The position numbers were made by a program, and so were the translations under genes. Positions 59,591 through 64,000 of a stretch of DNA of 64,000 nt are shown in pieces; positions within the stretch are counted from its first letter, which is position 1; every line of letters starts with the position of its first letter. The notes under the pieces are model-generated. The model had not been told where the DNA came from and searched no databases. It saw only the letters and a list, made by a program, of their open reading frames with translations. The stretch lies in contig JBGARZ010000023.1 of NCBI GenBank assembly GCA_044229975.1, positions 64,001 to 128,000 of the forward strand. The letters run 5' to 3'. Origin of the DNA: Polyangiales bacterium. Lineage in GTDB: Bacteria > Myxococcota_A > Polyangia > Polyangiales > Ga0077539.

Positions 59591-60523
59591 TCAACTCTCA
59601 GGCGGCTCCCGTCCCCCGGTCCGCAGTCGATAAACGTACCCTCCGCGGAAACCCTCGCGCACCAGGGCCCCGGCGTCGAACAAGCTCCGCACCACGTTGT
59701 GGAGCTCGTTCTTGCGCGGACGGAGTGAGCTGGCGCCAAGGACCTCGGCGATCTCAGTCGTCCGCAGTCCACCAGGGTTGGCCCGCAGGAGGAGGACCAC
59801 AGCGCCGCGGACGTTGCGTTCGTGCTGGAGGGGCGGCGTGACCACCGCCGCCGCGGTCACGCGCGCCACGACCGCCGTCGCGGTGGAGGGCGCACCGCCC
59901 GGCGCGTCCGCGAGGTTGAGCAACGCGGACTCGACCTGCTGGGCCTTCCGAACCAGGCGACTTAGGCGGTCTTCAAGCTCCTGACGAAACTCGGCGACGC
60001 GACGGGCGAGCGGTAGCTCCTCCGCGGCAGCGTCCCCCGGAGGGTTGGTGTCGGCTCCGTTCGCCTGTGGCACCGCGATAGGTGGGCCAAGTGGGCTTGG
60101 GAGGGCGACCGGAAGATCCGCCCGGTCCGGTGCCTCGCTCGACACCTTCGAGAGCACCGCCTCGGCCGATCGAAACGCTTCGTCCACGAAGTTCGCCGTG
60201 CCAGAGGCGCGCCCCTCGCCAGGAGGGTTCTTACGGGGACGTCCGCGCTTCGGCTGCGGGGGTGGGGCGGGGGCAAGGAGCGCGGCGACGTCTACCTCCA
60301 ACGCCTCGGCGATCCGGGTCAGGGTCGCTGCCGTCAGGTTGGTCGTGCCCGACTCGATCTGCCGATAGAGCCGCGGAGACAGGCGCCCCGCTCGCGCGGC
60401 GACCTCCTCCTGGGTCCACGGGTGCGCCGCGCGGATGCGTCGGACGTTGCTCGCGATGCGGCTCACCGTGTCGGCGTATTGGGCCGAGCGGTACCTCGCG
60501 CTTCCTGGCGCCTTGGGCTGCAC
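59591..60523 (-). CDS. XRE-family HTH regulator with AT-hook-like motif and C-terminal wHTH
   Basis: NVRRIR..HPWTQEEVA...IESG..NL, PKRGRPRK, GLRTTEIAEVL...L...G.L......GYVY. Confidence 0.7.
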   Translation of the reverse strand: MQPKAPGSARYRSAQYADTVSRIASNVRRIRAAHPWTQEEVAARAGRLSPRLYRQIESGTTNLTAATLTRIAEALEVDVAALLAPAPPPQPKRGRPRKNPPGEGRASGTANFVDEAFRSAEAVLSKVSSEAPDRADLPVALPSPLGPPIAVPQANGADTNPPGDAAAEELPLARRVAEFRQELEDRLSRLVRKAQQVESALLNLADAPGGAPSTATAVVARVTAAAVVTPPLQHERNVRGAVVLLLRANPGGLRTTEIAEVLGASSLRPRKNELHNVVRSLFDAGALVREGFRGGYVYRLRTGGREPPES

Positions 60524-60645
60524 AGGGGACGTTTTTCGAGACGTGCTCTTTGCTGAAAGTCACTTCTTCGCCTATAGACGTGCCGCGATGGAAACCCTGG
60601 GAAGGATTCCAGTGACCCTCGCATCAGCCTGACAAGGAGGGACCC

Positions 60646-61494
60646 GTGTCGAAGCGATTGGTGGGGTTGGGGATGCTGTGCATGCTGCTGGGCGGGTGCT
60701 CGGGGGACGATTCGAGAACGGGGGACGACGGCGACGCCGGCTTCCCAGGCGACACGGGGGGAAACCCGTGCGCGGGCCGCGTATGTGGCGGCAACGGGGC
60801 GGGCGTCTCCTGCGGCAGCTGCAACGCTGGCTACAGCTGCACAGCGGCGGGGCAGTGCGTCGAGGACAACCCGGCGGTGATGTGCCGATCCGAGTGCAGC
60901 AATCGGCAATGCGGCGCGGACCCCGGCCTGAACTGCTCGAACCGGTTCTGCGGTCCCAACGGCGGCGCGTGCCCGACGGGCACCGCCTGCATGTCAGGCC
61001 AGTGCGTCTGCACCCCTAACTGCGCGGGGCGGACGTGCGGTTCCGACGGCTGCGGTGGCACCTGCGCGCCGGGCTGTGGGCGAGGGTTCCAATGCGGCGG
61101 CGCGGGCACCTGTGACCTCGACCCCTCCTCGCGATGGGGGCTCACTGTCACCACGGGCGCCGTCGCCACCCAGGGTTCGGGAGGCGGCGCCTGGGACCCC
61201 TTCGGTGGCGCGCCCGACCCCCAGGTGTGCATCACCATCAGCGGCCGGCAGACCTGCACGCCCTACGCGAACGACAGCTTCTCCGCGGCGTGGAACTTCG
61301 CCTTCCCGGTCACCACCGCCGGGGTGCTCCAGGCCGGCGTGCTGACCTCCTACCTCGACTACGACAGCGGCACCGCCAACGACCGCATCTGCGGCGACTA
61401 CACGCTAGCCATCAACCGCGCGACCTTCGAGGCGGGCGGCACCACGGTGGGGTGCGGCGCCAGTGGGTGGACCTTCACGCTGAGGGCGCAGTAG
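60646..61494 (+). CDS. Cys-rich lipoprotein with C-terminal C2-like domain
   Basis: RBS GGAGG, lipobox LGGC, CxGRxCG.DGCGG.C repeats, WDPFGGAPDPQV...DYD. Confidence 0.75.
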   Translation: MSKRLVGLGMLCMLLGGCSGDDSRTGDDGDAGFPGDTGGNPCAGRVCGGNGAGVSCGSCNAGYSCTAAGQCVEDNPAVMCRSECSNRQCGADPGLNCSNRFCGPNGGACPTGTACMSGQCVCTPNCAGRTCGSDGCGGTCAPGCGRGFQCGGAGTCDLDPSSRWGLTVTTGAVATQGSGGGAWDPFGGAPDPQVCITISGRQTCTPYANDSFSAAWNFAFPVTTAGVLQAGVLTSYLDYDSGTANDRICGDYTLAINRATFEAGGTTVGCGASGWTFTLRAQ

Positions 61495-61551
61495 GCCGAG
61501 AAGCTTCTTCTCCTTCGCGAACTCGCGACGAGCCAGGCGTCAGCTTGCCGT

Positions 61552-62013
61552 TCATGCGCAGCGGTCACAGCGGCCCTTGATCTGGACCTCCAGCGCGCCC
61601 CCATGGAGGGACCGCGGGAGCCCGCGGCCCCCGGAGACGCGGACGATGCCCGCCGGGAGGCACTCGACCTCGCCGCAGTCGCTGCAGACGAAGTGGGGAT
61701 GCTCCACGTCGGCGTGTTCGCTTCGCCCGGAGACCCCACGCAGCTCGAACCGCCAGACGTGATCCCCTACGTCCGTGCGCTGCAGGAGGCTTGCCTCGGT
61801 CAGGTCCATGAGGTTGCGGTAGAGGGTCACGCGGTCCCACCCGCGCGGCGCGAGCGCGGCAAATACCTGGGCGTGGGTCATCGGCGATCGGGCCTGCTGG
61901 AGATGCTCCACCACCGCGACGCGCGAGGCCGTGACGCGCAAGCCCACAGCTCGAATCCGCTCGCGAACCTTGTCCGTCGTCAGTTTGCGGTGCGGAGGAG
62001 CCATGGAGTCCAT
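61552..62013 (-). CDS. Fur family metalloregulator
   Basis: GLRVTASRVAV, DRVTLYRNL, HPHFVCSDCG, GRCDRC. Confidence 0.88.
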   Translation of the reverse strand: MDSMAPPHRKLTTDKVRERIRAVGLRVTASRVAVVEHLQQARSPMTHAQVFAALAPRGWDRVTLYRNLMDLTEASLLQRTDVGDHVWRFELRGVSGRSEHADVEHPHFVCSDCGEVECLPAGIVRVSGGRGLPRSLHGGALEVQIKGRCDRCA

Positions 62014-62216
62014 CTTGGTTTTGAGGGCGACAAGGACACGCCTCGTGCCCGTCTCAAACCCGAGCAGCTCGGGCTTCGGCACACGCTCATCTTGTAGCAG
62101 CGGCGGGAAGAAGACCGCGATCGCCCGCTTCTCTCTAGCTCGACGGACGGTGCCTCTCTCCAGTGCTCGTCGCACCAACGAGCGTGATCACCTACCGCCG
62201 CGCCGAGCCGACAGCG

Positions 62217-62585
62217 TCACCCGTTCGGGGAGCGGGCGGCCTGAATCTTGGTCTCGAGGTCCGGCGGCACCGGCATGCGGGCCAGCGGGCTGACGTTGGC
62301 GCCGCCCGTGTTGCCGTGGGGCACCAGACCGATGGCGGTCTTCGTCGCGGCGCCGCCGATGCGCAGCAGCTGTCCCGCGCACTCCCGCACGTCCCCTCGC
62401 TTCAAGCCCCACAGGAACATGCGCCAGTGGACCCGAACGTGCTGTCTCGTCGAGGCCTGTCCCAGGACGTGAGCCCGCTCCAGGTGGGCGAACGCTTCGG
62501 CGGCTCGGCCGGCGGCGTTGGCCTCGTCCGCCGCGCGGAGTTCAGCATCGACGTGGGGGCGGATGTTGCGGCCGAAGGCGCTCAT
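62217..62585 (-). CDS. DUF3703 domain protein
   Basis: HLERAHVLGQ...HVRVHWRM, GQLLR, PHGNTGGANVSP..MPVPPDL. Confidence 0.85.
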   Translation of the reverse strand: MSAFGRNIRPHVDAELRAADEANAAGRAAEAFAHLERAHVLGQASTRQHVRVHWRMFLWGLKRGDVRECAGQLLRIGGAATKTAIGLVPHGNTGGANVSPLARMPVPPDLETKIQAARSPNG

Positions 62586-64000
62586 GCGCCCGATGCTGTC
62601 GGAACCGGACGCGGAGGGTCAAGGCGTGCGGGAGCGGTCGCCAGCCGCAGGCCGTTGGCGACCACGATGATGGTGGCGCCCACGTCCGCGAGCACGGCCA
62701 TCCACATCGTTGCCACGCCCGCGAGGGCCAGCGCGAAGAACACGACCTTGCTGCCGATCGCGAAGACGATGTTCTGCGTGAGGATCGCGGAGGTGCGTCG
62801 GCTCAGCCGGATGAACTCCGGCAGCGCCCGCAGGTCGTCCCCCATCAGCGCGACGTCAGCGGTCTCGATGGCGGCGTCGGTGCCCGCCGCCCCCATCGCA
62901 AACCCCACCGTCGCCCGGGCCAGCGCGGGCGCGTCGTTGACCCCGTCGCCCACCATGCCGACGCTCCCGTGCGCGGCCAGGAGCGACTCGATCGCGGCGA
63001 GCTTGTCCTCCGGGAGCAGCTCGCCACGGGCGTCGTCGATGCCCACGGCGCGCGCGATCGCCGCCGCTGTCACCCTGTTGTCGCCGCTCAGCATCACGGT
63101 GCGCACGCCGAGGGCGCGCAGCTCGCGCAGCGCCTCCGCGCTCGACGCCCGGGGCGCGTCAGCGACAGCCAGCACGGCCCTCGCCTCCCGCCCGCGCAGG
63201 AGCACGACGGCGGTTCGCCCCTGCTCTTCCTGCGCCCGCAGCGCGGCCTCGACGCGCGCGTCGCCCGCCCCCGCCTCCTCCGCGAAGCGGCGGTTGCCGA
63301 GCGAGTACGCTTCACCGCCGACGCGCCCCCGCACCCCTCGACCCGGGACAGACGTGAACCCCTCCACGGGCGCGAGGGGCCCCTGCCACGCCGCGGTGAT
63401 GGCGCGCGCGACGGGGTGGTCCGAGCCCGCGTCGAGGCTTGCGGCGAGCCGCAGGGCTTCGTCCCGCGTTCCGGCCAGGGGCACGACCTCGACCAGCCGG
63501 GGCCTGCCCTCGGTGATCGTGCCGGTCTTGTCGAGCGCCACGACCGCGAGCCGGCGGCCCTGCTCCAGGTGGACGCCGCCCTTCACCAGGATCCCGCGCC
63601 GCGCCGCCGCCGCGAGCCCGCTCACGATCGTGACCGGGATGGAGATCACCAGCGCGCAGGGGCAGGCGATGACCAGCAGCACCAGGGCGCGGCTGAACCA
63701 CGCCAGGAAGGGTTGGTGGAGCAGGAGCGGGGGGAGGACGGCGACGAGCGCTGCGAGCGCGAAGACCACGGGCGTGTAGACACGGGCGAAGCGGTCCACG
63801 AAGCGCTGCGTCGGCGCGCGCTGCGCCTGGGCCTCCTGCACGCTGCGCACGATGCGCGCGAGGGTGGTGTCGTCCCGGCCGCCCGTCGTGCGGAACTCCA
63901 GCAGGCCCTCGCCGTTGATCGTCCCGGCGAAGACCGCGTCCCCCGGGCTCTTCGCGACCACCGCGCTCTCGCCCGTGATGGGGGCCTGATCGACCGACGA
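62582..64000 (-). CDS. Zn/Cd/Pb-translocating P1B ATPase (ZntA/CadA-type), 5'-truncated
   Basis: ITGES, CPCALVISIP, DKTGT, GDGVND, K in TM7, MWMAVLADVG. Runs off the window end. Confidence 0.9.
   Translation of the reverse strand, partial: SSVDQAPITGESAVVAKSPGDAVFAGTINGEGLLEFRTTGGRDDTTLARIVRSVQEAQAQRAPTQRFVDRFARVYTPVVFALAALVAVLPPLLLHQPFLAWFSRALVLLVIACPCALVISIPVTIVSGLAAAARRGILVKGGVHLEQGRRLAVVALDKTGTITEGRPRLVEVVPLAGTRDEALRLAASLDAGSDHPVARAITAAWQGPLAPVEGFTSVPGRGVRGRVGGEAYSLGNRRFAEEAGAGDARVEAALRAQEEQGRTAVVLLRGREARAVLAVADAPRASSAEALRELRALGVRTVMLSGDNRVTAAAIARAVGIDDARGELLPEDKLAAIESLLAAHGSVGMVGDGVNDAPALARATVGFAMGAAGTDAAIETADVALMGDDLRALPEFIRLSRRTSAILTQNIVFAIGSKVVFFALALAGVATMWMAVLADVGATIIVVANGLRLATAPARLDPPRPVPTASGA

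Larger units (their letters stand above)
44014..60523. mobile_element. Defence island / integrated element; boundaries approximate
   Basis: Clustered defence modules, a serine recombinase and an XRE regulator, with visibly AT-richer stretches (about 48.8-51.4 and 53.8-55.3 kb). Interrupts the metal-resistance region. No flanking direct repeats were identified. Confidence 0.5.

Overview
Very GC-rich bacterial DNA whose gene style (Cys-rich lipoproteins, CorE-type sigma) suggests Myxococcota; this is an inference. About 3.3-41.4 kb and 61.5-64 kb form a heavy-metal, mostly copper, resistance region. It holds two TolC-MFP-RND efflux operons, three P1B ATPases, a CopZ chaperone, two multicopper oxidases, cupredoxins, a tandem DUF305 protein, a Tat-exported SOD, BlaI/CopY-M56 and Fur regulators, two ECF sigma factors, and an MNIO (DUF692) RiPP cluster with a lipoprotein-type Cys-repeat precursor. 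About 44-60.5 kb is a partly lower-GC defence/mobile block: IetA/IetS-like AAA+subtilase, a SMODS+AGS-C CD-NTase with an S-4TM effector (CBASS), an AAA_21 ATPase with a DUF4276-like partner, a solo Ser/Thr kinase, DUF3892, an AbiE-like pair, a serine recombinase and an XRE regulator. Reading the intergenic DNA shows two fixed-spacing ECF-type promoter motifs. TGTAA-N17-CGTC (5 copies) marks a candidate CorE-like regulon. GGTCAC-N17-(C/G)TAG (4 copies) links an operon of CCxPGSP peptide, ECF sigma and Cys-rich anti-sigma to the MNIO cluster and both oxidase operons 12-20 kb away. This second regulon is the best candidate for an undescribed system. Several operator-like and att-like inverted repeats are also visible. 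Family calls come from motif recognition by eye, not database searches.
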